Assembly: GCA_963663955.1 (NCBI GenBank) | Contig: OY760694.1 | Location: forward strand, 3,215,251-3,279,250 | Length of the DNA stretch: 64,000 bases | Source of the DNA: Acidimicrobiia bacterium | Lineage (GTDB): Bacteria > Actinomycetota > Acidimicrobiia > Spongiisociales > Spongiisociaceae | Reading direction: 5' to 3' | Shown here: in pieces, positions 37,729 through 47,298 of the stretch | Numbering within the stretch: position 1 is the first letter of the stretch | Layout: every line of letters begins with the position of its first letter | Made by a program: the position numbers and the translations under genes | The notes under the pieces: model-generated | The model's database searches: none | Told to the model about the DNA's origin: nothing | The model's input: only the letters and a program-made list of their open reading frames with translations

Positions 37729-38687
37729 GAGCGTCCGCGGGTAGGTGGAAATCCACCAGTTGAGGGGTTGTCTCGGGTTTCATACCGAGTGCAACACAAA
37801 TCCCCCAACTGGTGGAGGTATCATTATGCGCGCACTCGACCCCGAAGTAGCAAACGCGGTGTGGAAAGCCACAAAGGGTCTGTTACCCGCCCGGGAGGAC
37901 AACCATCCCCTGGGCTGTCACAATCCCCGTAAACCGGACCGTGTCTGCTTCCAGGGGATACTGATCCGGTTGGTGACCGGCTGCTTGTGGGAAACAGCCG
38001 AACAACTCTTGAACAAAGAGGTGTCGGACACGACTCTGCGGGCCCGACGCGATGAATGGACGAAAGCAGGCGTCTTCGAGAACCTCGAAGCAGAAGCCCT
38101 AGCCGCCTACGACCGTGTGATCGGGTTGGACCTATCCGAGGTCTCGGTCGACGGTAGCCAACACAAAGCGCCCTCCGGGGGGGAAGGAACCGGGAAAAAC
38201 CCCTGCGACCGGGCCGAATCCGGCCCGAAATGGTCCCTGGCCACAGACCGCAACGGCATACCGATCGGTTGGGCCACAAACGGCGCCAACCGTCACGACA
38301 GCATCCTATTCCAGCCCACCCTCGAAGCTGTCGACCGGCGGGGATTGCTCCCCGACATAGAAACCCTCCACCTAGACCGAGGCTACGACAGCAAAACCGT
38401 GCGCGCCCTCTGCGACGCCGCCGGCATAACCGACGTCATATGCGCCAAGAAAAAACCACGAGGCCAAACCGGCAACACCAAAACACCCGCACCCCTCGGT
38501 ATGCGCTGGACCGTCGAACGAACCAACTCATGGCTCACCAACTACGGGCAACTCCGCCGCAACACCGACCGAAACACCCACCACCGACACGCCCAACTCA
38601 ACCTAGCCATCACCCTCATCATCACCATCAAACTCATCAAATGGCGAGACCGCTGGAACCTCAACTAACCCCTACCCGCGGACGCTC
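37729..38687 (+). mobile_element. IS5-family insertion sequence, copy 2 (959 bp), inverted relative to copy 1
   Basis: It has the same 17-bp terminal inverted repeats and is flanked by TAA on both sides. Confidence 0.8.
37745..38668 (+). CDS. IS5-family DDE transposase
   Basis: A 307-aa ORF that differs at 4 residues from 15486-16409. Confidence 0.85.
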   Translation: MEIHQLRGCLGFHTECNTNPPTGGGIIMRALDPEVANAVWKATKGLLPAREDNHPLGCHNPRKPDRVCFQGILIRLVTGCLWETAEQLLNKEVSDTTLRARRDEWTKAGVFENLEAEALAAYDRVIGLDLSEVSVDGSQHKAPSGGEGTGKNPCDRAESGPKWSLATDRNGIPIGWATNGANRHDSILFQPTLEAVDRRGLLPDIETLHLDRGYDSKTVRALCDAAGITDVICAKKKPRGQTGNTKTPAPLGMRWTVERTNSWLTNYGQLRRNTDRNTHHRHAQLNLAITLIITIKLIKWRDRWNLN

Positions 38688-38789
38688 TAAGTGAACCTAA
38701 ACTCGACGAATAATTACGCAAAGACGCAAAGATACGAATAGACAAATAAATACGCAACAAACTTCTCCGGCTGGCGGTATGGTGCTTCT

Positions 38790-39557
38790 ATGGTTTCTCC
38801 TGCGGGCAATCCGTTCTCGCCGACGTTCGGTACCACCCCTCCATTCTTGGCGGGACGGGAAGAGGTGTTATCAAGATTCGACGAAGCCGTAAACGCCGGC
38901 CCATTACATCCCGACTACACATTGCTCATCACCGGAGACCGCGGTACCGGCAAGACTGCCCTCCTGAACGTGCTCGAAGATAGGGTCGCCGATTACGGTT
39001 GGATGACAATAACGGCAAGCGCCTCATCGGAGCCCCTACCGACACGGATTGTCGGCGAGGCCGGGCGCTGCTTGGAACGTCTGGAAAGCGGTCGACGACG
39101 CCCCAAGATCAGATCAATAAGTGCGATGGGGGTCGGGATCCAACTCGGTCACGACCCTGAAGGCCCATTATCGGTGCCCAGCCTGCTTTCGACCCTGGAA
39201 CAGCTTGGAGCGGCGTTGTCCAAGGAGGGTACCGGCCTGCTCCTTACGGTCGATGAGTTACACGACGTTACCCGCCGCGACGTACGAGATGTTGCCGCTG
39301 CTATTCAGATCGTGACCCGTCGCCGCCTTAGGCCGATCGCGTTCGCTGCTGCAGCGCTGCCTCTCATTGAGCACACCCATCTCGCGGACGCCCAAATGAC
39401 CTTTCTGCAACGCTGCGCCCGAGCGTCCCTGGGCCCGCTGGACCCGGTGCATACACGCCAGGCACTCCACAAACCGATTGTTCGCTCCAGCGCTGCCATC
39501 GACGATTCAGGCGGTCATGAAAAGCTTCTCCCTCGCCAGACGAAGCGACTTGGGTGA
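38790..39557 (+). pseudogene. 3'-truncated P-loop ATPase (ORC/Cdc6-STAND-like ATP-binding protein)
   Basis: Contains NPFSPTFGTTPPFLAGREEVLSRFDEAV...LLITGDRGTGKTALL and LLTVDELHD. The family-like sequence ends near 39505, after which the frame reads into antisense of a dGTPase fragment. Confidence 0.5.
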
Positions 39558-39672
39558 CACCTGTCAGCCGCCGGAACTCCGGTGAATACAACACCCGATC
39601 ACGATCCCGCTGGAACGGACTCCGTGGATCGCCTACGCTTGCGGGGCGGCGTCGAGCTTCTCGCTCGCTCAC
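39505..39672 (-). pseudogene. dGTPase (HD-domain dNTP triphosphohydrolase) N-terminal fragment
   Basis: DPRSPFQRDRDRVLYSPEFRRLTGVTQV matches the conserved N-terminus of Dgt-like proteins. The HD domain itself is missing. Confidence 0.5.
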
Positions 39673-39899
39673 TGATGGACTACACGAATACCGTCAAGCG
39701 CATATCGCAGCCTGCCTTCCCGGACGAGGCGACCGATCGCTACCGCTAGGCCCACATCGTCGATATCGGAACCCTCATCTTTCATGTCATAAAAGAGCGC
39801 GAGTACATCGTCGATCGGTGGCTCTCCCTCCTTTTCATGTCTCCGAAAGAACTCCAACACCTCTTCCTTTCTGGACCGGACACTCATGGCTCCTGGCAT
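39669..39899 (-). CDS. small hypothetical protein upstream of and overlapping the dGTPase fragment
   Basis: A 76-aa ORF whose stop overlaps the GTG of the next ORF (GTGA). No motif was recognised. Confidence 0.3.
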   Translation of the reverse strand: MPGAMSVRSRKEEVLEFFRRHEKEGEPPIDDVLALFYDMKDEGSDIDDVGLAVAIGRLVREGRLRYALDGIRVVHQ

Positions 39900-40615
39900 G
39901 TCAGCTCCCTTCTTGGAATTACCCTAGTGAAACTATCAGCAGGGTGGGACACCCGCTTCGCCACGAAGGAAAGGGTGCAGAACTTTCTCGTCTGCCGAGC
40001 GTCTCTCAGCCGGTGTCGTATTCGTTGGTAGAGCGGGTGGTCAGGATTATCGACCTTTCTGGTAGCGGCGGGAGCCCAACTTAGAAGAGGCCTCCGCAGC
40101 TCCCGTCCTTAGGCCAGGAGAATCAGTGTCCTGAAGCATGTGACACACCGAGCTAGGAAGGTCCCTGATGGGCGAGCGCCACCAAGCTACGCTTCCTCGG
40201 GTTCCAGATCAACAAGGCAAAGGTGATGCGACCAGAGAAAATGTAGATGAGGGGGGCTATCACCGTCACACCCGAACGTCCAACCCGAGGAGAATTACTA
40301 CGTCTACTTCTCGGGGTTACCACCGATCAAATCTTCAGCACCCTCCCCAACTACCGCGAAATCACGGATCAGAAGACACTCGAGGCAGGGAACCCAGAAC
40401 CCCGTCCTTCGCTCTATAGTACAAGGACGAGGATGGGAGCGACCGATCTGGTTAGTGAGTCACGGGACGCCAGAAGCTCTGCCAAGACGCCGCGAACACA
40501 TCCGACGCAGAACCACCACCTCGCACACTGAGCGAACGACGGAATAGGACCACTCAAGCCTCATGAGTTGAAGACGTACCCAAACGGCTTCGCTCAGCGC
40601 AACGGAGGTTGCCTG

Positions 40616-41698
40616 ATGAAGATCATAGACTTCGAGATCAAGAACTTCAGGACGTTTAAGAGAATACGTTTGGACGGTCTTCGAAGCGTGAACCTCGTCG
40701 CCGGACAGAACAATGTAGGCAAGACTGCCCTACTTGAAGCATTGTGGCAGTTCTCGGGTGCCGATCAGCCGGACGTCGGTCTACGAATCGATCAGTTCAG
40801 GGGGATCCAGTGGATAGACATGGATCATGTGTTCCGCGATATGTTCCACGGCCATGACGCTTCCCAACCCATCGAACTCAGAGCTACATCAGGTCACGAC
40901 TCGACTCAGTACGTTCTGCGAATCGAAACGCTAGTCCGAGAAACAGTGCGCACCCCCGTGGGTGGAAACGGCTCGGCCGGTGGAGGGCTACCGCCTATCG
41001 TGGATAGCCCCCATGAGATCGTTCTGACGTACACCGACAGCAGCGATCGCTACGTATCCCGTGGATGGTTCGTGTCCCGTATGGCAGGACCCGGGGTGGT
41101 TCAGAACGATTTCGAAACCAGCCGGGAGCGGGTCCCTGGTCGACCCTCCGGCGTCTACTTCAGTCCGAGTCACCGCAGCGCCCCGCCCGAAGACGCAGAC
41201 AAGCTGGGACGAGTCCAGGTTAAGGGAATCGAGACGATGGTAGTTGATGCCCTTAGGAGTTTCGAGCCTCGTTTGACGCGACTCGTAACCGTATCCATCA
41301 ACGGATTACCCGTTATTCATGCCGATCTGGGGCTGGGCCGTCTCATGCCGATGGGCTTGCTTGGCGACGGTATGAACCGCGTACTCTCCTTAACGTTAGC
41401 CTTCGAGACCGCGTCCGGAGGAATGCTTCTCATTGACGAGATCGAGAACGGAATCCACCACTCCAAGCTGAAGGACTTTTGGCGCGCAATCTCAGACTTC
41501 TCGGAAAGGTTTAACGTCCAGGTGTTTGCCACCACCCACAGTGCCGAATGCGTCCGTGCCGCGCATGATGCGTTCGAGGCCGACCGCCACAATTTCCGCT
41601 TCATCCGACTCGATCGTGTCAACGGCAAAACCGTAGCGAAGTCGTTCGAAAGAAACACCCTATCTACTGCCATCGAAGCAGACTTCGAAATCCGGTAG
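40616..41698 (+). CDS. ABC-like ATPase of the ATPase/TOPRIM module (copy b)
   Basis: Starts MKIIDFEIKNFRTFKRIRLDGLRSVNLVAGQNNVGKTALLEAL and is collinear with copy a throughout. GGAGG lies 7 nt upstream of the ATG at 40616. The track ORF begins at the TTG at 40568. Confidence 0.75.
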   Translation: MKIIDFEIKNFRTFKRIRLDGLRSVNLVAGQNNVGKTALLEALWQFSGADQPDVGLRIDQFRGIQWIDMDHVFRDMFHGHDASQPIELRATSGHDSTQYVLRIETLVRETVRTPVGGNGSAGGGLPPIVDSPHEIVLTYTDSSDRYVSRGWFVSRMAGPGVVQNDFETSRERVPGRPSGVYFSPSHRSAPPEDADKLGRVQVKGIETMVVDALRSFEPRLTRLVTVSINGLPVIHADLGLGRLMPMGLLGDGMNRVLSLTLAFETASGGMLLIDEIENGIHHSKLKDFWRAISDFSERFNVQVFATTHSAECVRAAHDAFEADRHNFRFIRLDRVNGKTVAKSFERNTLSTAIEADFEIR

Positions 41699-42030
41699 TG
41701 TCCCGACACCAGCCCATTCGGATAGCCGAAACCGTACTATTGCTGGTTGAAGGCAAGGATGATGAAGGGTTCCTTAGATGCCTCTGTGAGCATATCGGCC
41801 TAAATGGGGTAGATATCCTCATATACGAAGGTAAAACCCACCTGCGAAGCTACCTTGAAGTCCTCCCTCTCCTACCAGGCTACGAGAGGGTAGAGCGGAT
41901 CGGCATCATTCGCGATGCCGACGAGGACGCTACCGGTGCCTTCATGAGTGTCCGCAGTTCGCTGATTAACGCAGGACTAACGGCACCTCTACAACTGAAC
42001 CGTACCACGGCAGCGCAACAACACTGCTAG
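41698..42030 (+). pseudogene. TOPRIM-like partner (copy b), truncated to 110 aa
   Basis: It shows the same TAGTG coupling. LLLVEGKDD and IIRDADEDA are present, but the C-terminal half seen in copy a is replaced by a toxin-antitoxin cassette. Confidence 0.5.
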
Positions 42031-42041
42031 GGTCGACGCAT

Positions 42042-42257
42042 GTGAGGTATACAGGCCACGCACGTATCCAATGGCAAAGAGGGATGTCACAACAGAGGAC
42101 GTTGAAACAGCCCTACAACGTCAGGCAGGCACCGACGCTGGTCAACCGGGAACCATCTGGATCAACGGAATAACCGAAGGAGGCCGCCGGTTGCGAGTGT
42201 GTAGCTGCCAATGACAAAAAGCTCGTTATTACTGTTGGATGGCCAGATGGAGAATGA
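42042..42257 (+). pseudogene. DUF4258-like toxin gene with at least 2 frameshifts
   Basis: Pieces in three frames read YTGHARIQ / MAKRDVTTEDVETALQ...GTIWINGITEGGRRLRV / AANDKKLVITVGWP. Confidence 0.4.
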
Positions 42258-42263
42258 TCTCGA

Positions 42264-42638
42264 ATGTACTTCTCATACGATCTTGAAGCAAACGCCCTCT
42301 ACATTGGGATGACCCCCACACCGAGAGCGGCAAAAACCCGCTTCGTCGACAGCGGCACCCTCGTAGACCTCGACACCGACGGAACTGTTATCGGTATCGA
42401 GATCATCAACCCGCTGCGGCAATGGCCCCTTGATGAGATTTGCAACCAATACGGGCTGGCCCCGGAGCAGCGGAAACTGGCCGAAATGTTTGTGTCTCCC
42501 AAGGACGAGACTGCGGACTCCGCAGCCTTGGCCGTCGCCTTCGAGATGCTGGCGACCGTAACACCCACAGTCGCTTGGCACGGGGACCTCCCGGTATGTG
42601 ATGCTCTCGCCGCCCGGCACGCTACGGCGGCGGGCTAA
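42264..42638 (+). CDS. DUF2283-like protein (putative antitoxin partner)
   Basis: MYFSYDLEANALYIGMT.....VDLDTDGTVIGIEIIN matches the DUF2283 pattern. It has a longer C-terminal tail than usual. Confidence 0.5.
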   Translation: MYFSYDLEANALYIGMTPTPRAAKTRFVDSGTLVDLDTDGTVIGIEIINPLRQWPLDEICNQYGLAPEQRKLAEMFVSPKDETADSAALAVAFEMLATVTPTVAWHGDLPVCDALAARHATAAG

Positions 42639-43143
42639 CCCCCACCACCCAAGTCAAGTTAACCATTGTTTGTCCCTTTGCTACGGCCACTCCAGGTTCG
42701 GGTGCTCTCGTGCCGGAGTGTGGTACTAGACGTGGGACGCCACCACTCGGCTGCCGCCTGCCACCGCTGGTTACCTGGTTGTTTGCCGGCTCTTCGGATT
42801 TCAGTGGGGAGTGACCGCGGGGAGTAGGTCCCAGTTGGGTTTCCCCGCATACAGGTGAGCCGTAGGCAGCTATTCGCGACGGGGACCTCAAACCCCAAGA
42901 AGCCCGCCAGGAGTACATATCCTCCTATGCCTTGGCCTTGTGGTCACTCGGTGCCGCAGGCAAAGAGGTCGTCAAGTCCGGCCCACGCTGGCAGCGCATC
43001 CTCGATGGCGGTCTCGCAAGTATCAACTGGCTGAAAACCAACCCGGACTGGCAGGGAATCTGCATGGCCGAGAATGAAGTGGGCACGCGCATGCCAACAC
43101 GGCGCGCCACAGCTGACTACATCAAATGGAATATCGGCCTAAC

Positions 43144-43650
43144 TGTTGGCGATCAGCGAAATTCCCCAGAGTCGATCATTGAAATTCCCCACCCTGGGTG
43201 TGTTGGTGAGTCTAGCTGGCGCCTCCTTTCGGTCGGTGTTTTCTGGCTTGGGCGTGGTAGACGCGTAGCCAGTAGCTGTCTCCCGAAATGGTGAACACGA
43301 CGCTTCGGTGGAGTAACCGGTCCAACATGGCAGCAGCGATGGTGCTGTCGGAGAAGATGTCTCCCCAGGCGGCGACGCTACGGTTGCGGTCAGGATTGTC
43401 GATCCTTTCTGGTAGCGGCGGGAGATGACCTGGAACAGGGAGGCGGCGTCCTCGGCGGGTATTGGCAGATATCCCAATTCATCGACTATAAGCACTTCGT
43501 GACCGGAGAAGAGGTGCATGGTTGGGACCCGGCGTCCTTCGAGGGCGGCTGTTGGGGCCGCGGACTGGGAGGTCAGCGGCGGTAGTGTAGTAGACCCTGT
43601 GACCGCCATCGACCGCAGCGGCGACCCAGGATGTAGTCGGTCGGTACGGC
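43144..43650 (-). mobile_element. istB: IS21-family remnant: 5'-truncated, frameshifted istB plus terminal repeats
   Basis: Three frames give AAAVDGGHRVYYTTAADL / HEVLIVDELGYLPIPAEDAASLFQVISRRYQKGSTILTA / NRSVAAWGDIFSDSTIAAAMLDRLLHRSVVFTISGDSYWLR. The terminal direct repeats GGGGAATTTC x2 lie at 43160-43200. Confidence 0.6.
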
Positions 43651-43652
43651 CG

Positions 43653-44282
43653 TCATTCGAACAGTCGCTGTATCCAGTCTACAAGGGTCCGCGCAGGCAC
43701 CGACATGGTGCTGAGCTGGGAGTGCTGCGTTGCAGCGCTTAGCAGCCCACCCGGAGACCGTAGGGCTGCTGTCCATGCATAAACCTGCGCTTTGACCGTG
43801 TGTGAATCGCTGAACTTCTTGTGTTCTGCCGGAATCGCCTGGATATACTCTCTCGCTAGTGGCCAGATCGGATCATCATCCGGAATCAATGTGGCTACGA
43901 AGTCTTCCAATTCGCCGGAGGACTGATTGTCCGGCATGAGCCACACACCTACTTTGGGGGCGCCATCAAGAACGGTGCCTCCATGTTCAGGTTCGGACGG
44001 TATGGGAGAACCCAACACCGGAGCCTTACTGACCTCCTGCGCGATATCACCCCACTTCTCGAACCGGTCACTATTCGCATCGGCCATGATCCCGAGTGCC
44101 ATCCGCCCTTCGACGACCAACTGTTGTCGAATCTCTACTCTCAGCCCTGACCACCCGCCACAGGCGCGTATATCGAAGCTGGGCAGACCGGGGTAGGCCT
44201 TGCAGATATGTCGGACAATTCGCTCGTCACTTGACCCTTCGACCAAGAGAAGCCTTGCCAACTGTGTCCCCGTCCTTCGCAT
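43653..44282 (-). CDS. small TOPRIM-like protein (copy c, divergent)
   Basis: Has LLLVEGSSDERIV and GIMADANSD. At 209 aa it is similar in length to copy a. Confidence 0.5.
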   Translation of the reverse strand: MRRTGTQLARLLLVEGSSDERIVRHICKAYPGLPSFDIRACGGWSGLRVEIRQQLVVEGRMALGIMADANSDRFEKWGDIAQEVSKAPVLGSPIPSEPEHGGTVLDGAPKVGVWLMPDNQSSGELEDFVATLIPDDDPIWPLAREYIQAIPAEHKKFSDSHTVKAQVYAWTAALRSPGGLLSAATQHSQLSTMSVPARTLVDWIQRLFE

Positions 44283-44431
44283 TCAGCCGCGCCTGACGGG
44301 AGGGAGAGACCGGGAAGTATCTGCCAGCCTGGACAGGTCTATCCCCAACCGGGTGCATCCGGCACGCTCTACAGTTGCGGTCCTGACCCGGGTGTTAAGA
44401 AATCGATACAGTGCCATGGGAGGGCTCAGGG

Positions 44432-45553
44432 TTAGCGGACTTCGATCAGTCGCTCGGTTGCAACGGTTAGATCTCGCTCGGAATACTCGACCGCCATTAG
44501 ATGCCCGTCCCGTTGGGACAGCCGTACCAGGTGACCTTCGACCTCGGCTGATTCGGCAGCTGCATTCGCGAAACCACTTATGCAATCGAAGCTGTGGGTG
44601 GTAGCGACCACCTGAACGTTATTCTTGTGAGCAACGCGGAGTACCATCCGCCAGAAATCCTGCTGGATTGCATGGTGGAGTCCATTCTCGGCTTCGTCGA
44701 TAAGCAAGAACCCATCCGTACAATTAGCGAGAGCAGCCGCGACGCCGAACATGCGAAGGGCACCATCTCCTAGGCTTCTTAGCGGAACCCGTTCGTCATG
44801 ATCGAACTTCAAGAGCGGCCGTACCCCATCCCTAACATGCTGACGTCCAGGCAGCCTCCATCTGGCGCTATTGTCGCCGACCATAGCTATACGTGACACG
44901 GGTTTTCCCGCTACCAGGCTGAGAGCTTCGGAGACGTAAGGTTCATCAGGGGTTAGGGCGACGTTGTCCCACAAGCGCGCTATCTCGGAATTGGTCAGGA
45001 CACCTGGCCCGATTGATTCGCACTTATGTCGCGCCGGCAAGTCACTACCGTGTCGCGCGGATCTCTTCGATACCCCAGGTACCTGTGGAAACACAGCTAC
45101 CACGTTTCCTCTGTCGGCGACCTCCACCTCAATTAGCCGGACCGGTTCCTCTACGAATGGATCAGGGTCAAAAAGCTCAAAACCGTCCGCGGAGAAAGCA
45201 GGGGCTCGAATAGTAACTGCATTCGAACCGTCGACCGGTCCAATAAAGATGGTTGCCTCGTCTGACACTATCCTGTTGTAGAAGAGGGCTGACCAATCCT
45301 CCACGACCCTCCGAGGTGTGTCAGGATCACCATCTTGAGTAACGATCTCATCCGAGTGGCTCAGCACAGACTGGAGCGAAGCTCGCCGTCCGCGCGACGC
45401 GAACACCCGAATCGCATCCAACACTGTGGTCTTCCCGATGCTGTTCCGCCCGGCCAACAGCGTCACCCGTCCCAGACGAGGAATAGTCAAGTCGCGCAGC
45501 CCGCGGAACCCGCGAATCGTAAGGTCGGGTAGAATTAGGCGACCATCAGACAT
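44432..45553 (-). CDS. ABC-like ATPase of the ATPase/TOPRIM module (copy c, divergent)
   Basis: Contains MSDGRLILPDLTIRGFRGLRDLTIPRLGRVTLLAGRNSIGKTTVLDAI, LLIDEAENGLHH and ATTHSFDC, with a C-terminal ..IEVR like copies a and b. The ATG at 45553 is preceded by GAAGGGAG. The 92-aa upstream extension in the track ORF is implausible. Confidence 0.7.
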   Translation of the reverse strand: MSDGRLILPDLTIRGFRGLRDLTIPRLGRVTLLAGRNSIGKTTVLDAIRVFASRGRRASLQSVLSHSDEIVTQDGDPDTPRRVVEDWSALFYNRIVSDEATIFIGPVDGSNAVTIRAPAFSADGFELFDPDPFVEEPVRLIEVEVADRGNVVAVFPQVPGVSKRSARHGSDLPARHKCESIGPGVLTNSEIARLWDNVALTPDEPYVSEALSLVAGKPVSRIAMVGDNSARWRLPGRQHVRDGVRPLLKFDHDERVPLRSLGDGALRMFGVAAALANCTDGFLLIDEAENGLHHAIQQDFWRMVLRVAHKNNVQVVATTHSFDCISGFANAAAESAEVEGHLVRLSQRDGHLMAVEYSERDLTVATERLIEVR

Positions 45554-46014
45554 CGACTGGGCTCCCTTCTCCAGTAGCTCTAGTGGCGCTGCCGACCTTA
45601 TCTCCCCGGTAAGCCCTGTGACCATAGCTACTGATACGAGGATAGCGTGGCGCGAATCCCGACAGTACTCGGCAACACCGGATAATCTCAACGGGAGTCG
45701 CCGACACATCAACCTGCTCTGATTTGGAACTCTTGGGTGAAACTTCACCGCCCCTGGCCTCGGGTCCTTCGGCAGTTTCGCCATCGCAACCCTCTTATCT
45801 GCCGTGTATCCGCTTCTCTTCGATACCAAACTTCGTCTTGCGCCGAGCCAGGCCGACGAGTCGGTCCGGAAATAGATGCTTCCAAGCGCGTGGGTTCTGT
45901 CTATCCCGCTTACCAGTCGTAGCCACGGCCATCCCCACGCTCAAAGCTTCACACGACAACAGCGTCCTCGGGGAGAAGCACTGCGAGGACGGAGCGCTAC
46001 AGCCTCCAGACCTG

Positions 46015-46566
46015 TTATGTCAGCGAGTTGACTGGATTGGGTTCGGATTGACGGATCAGCTCGTCTCGGAGGGCGATGGCAAGCACGTCGAGAACCTTGC
46101 TTCGGTGCACCCCGTGCTCGTAAGCGGAGCGGTTGATCCTTGCCAGAAACTCGCGGTCCGGCTTGAAGTCGCGGTTGGCGAACTCGAAGCAGAACTCTTG
46201 AAGATCATAGAGATCACTGCCCTCAACTCGATCTTTGAGTTCACGAGACGCGACCCTCGCCCACCCGTCAGCGCCCATTTCTACCGCGATCCGCTCGCCT
46301 AGTTCGGAAAGTCGAAGCGGCCTATATTCTTGAACGGTAACCGGCTGTAGCTGACGCAGTATGTGCCCAATGTCTGCGCGGATGTCTCGAATGTCCTGCT
46401 GTATCTCTCCCAGCACAAGCCGAAGACCATCCCGGTCGGCATCAACTTCACCCGTCCACCGGATGAACTTGACCAAGTACCTGCCTCCGAGGAGTAGCGC
46501 CGTCACGACGCCGGCAATGGCTGCGTAAGTGGAGGGGTTCTCCCACATGACAATCTCTCCTCCCAA
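46015..46566 (-). CDS. single-pass membrane protein, paralogue of 34318-34815
   Basis: It has a TM helix (YAAIAGVVTALLLGG) and ends with a block that includes the identical VLDVLAIALRDEL. Confidence 0.55.
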   Translation of the reverse strand: MGGEIVMWENPSTYAAIAGVVTALLLGGRYLVKFIRWTGEVDADRDGLRLVLGEIQQDIRDIRADIGHILRQLQPVTVQEYRPLRLSELGERIAVEMGADGWARVASRELKDRVEGSDLYDLQEFCFEFANRDFKPDREFLARINRSAYEHGVHRSKVLDVLAIALRDELIRQSEPNPVNSLT

Positions 46567-46602
46567 CCACCAAGGTACTTCTCATAGAGCTTTACTTCCA
46601 GG

Positions 46603-46835
46603 TGCCACTACCCCACAGCGCTGAATGCGTCCCGGGCCGCGCGTGATCACTTCGAGGCCGACCGCTACAACTTCCGCTTCATCCGGCTCGATCGTGTCAA
46701 CGGCACAACCGTAGCGAAGCCGTTCGGCAGAACCACGCTAGCTACTGCCATCGAAGCAGGCTTCAAAATCCGGTAGTGTCCCTACACCAGCCCTTTCGGA
46801 TAGCCGAAACCGTACTTTGCTGGTTAACACGCAAG
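46603..46835 (+). pseudogene. decayed 3' end of an a/b-type ATPase plus the first ~60 nt of its TOPRIM partner
   Basis: It aligns at DNA level with 41535-41760. A 1-nt insertion creates an in-frame TGA. The junction ATCCGGTAGTG is retained. Confidence 0.6.
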
Positions 46836-46882
46836 GGTGGAATTGCCCCGCTTCGGTGGTCATTCACCAATTGCGGAGTGAG

Positions 46883-47053
46883 TTACCGCTCCCTTCGCAC
46901 GCCCTTAAACGGCCCGCCCGACTTCTTCGTTGCCATGAACCGCCCTGTCGAGGCGTCGCGCTTCGTCCACTGACCGGTCTTCGGGTTCCGAACTTGGCTT
47001 CGACCCGAGACTGCCCCATATCGACCACCGCCCCTCGCTCCATTCTTAGCCAT
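46883..47053 (-). CDS. 56-aa basic hypothetical protein
   Basis: Below the track cut-off. It reads MAKNGARGGGRYGAVSGRSQVRNPKTGQWTKRDASTGRFMATKKSGGPFKGVRRER. I recall similar small proteins in other bacteria but cannot name a family. Confidence 0.4.
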   Translation of the reverse strand: MAKNGARGGGRYGAVSGRSQVRNPKTGQWTKRDASTGRFMATKKSGGPFKGVRRER

Positions 47054-47298
47054 GGTGATACACCCTGTTATCGGCTCGCTGTCGACACCACTCTAAACGA
47101 ATTGTTCCCCCATTCTTGGTTCTGGTGACATCGCGTATTCATACGGATCACAATCTAGAACACTCGATTCCCTGGCCCCAGGCGCTGGACTCAAAGCTAC
47201 GTTGCGTCCGCTGAAGACGTGACAGACTATGTGACAAGGCGAGTCAAAGTGATAGCCCAGAGGCTGCCGATGGCCAGCAGAAGGCTGATCCTCCAGGG

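Noticed and set aside
42873-43294. The plus-strand ORF (TTG start at 42932) reading ...AIRDGDLKPQEARQEYISSYALALWSLGAAGKEVV...NWLKTNPDWQGICMAENEVG..., possibly a C-terminal fragment of a DndB/DGQHR-like protein.
   Set aside because: The family assignment rests on vague recollection only. It has no proper start, and its 3' part simply reads into the IS21 terminal repeats (43144 onward). It is left unannotated.
44432-45829. The 465-aa version of ATPase copy c given in the ORF track.
   Set aside because: The first 92 residues have no counterpart in copies a and b and look like translated non-coding DNA. The ATG at 45553 has a GAAGGGAG Shine-Dalgarno sequence and gives the conserved N-terminus.
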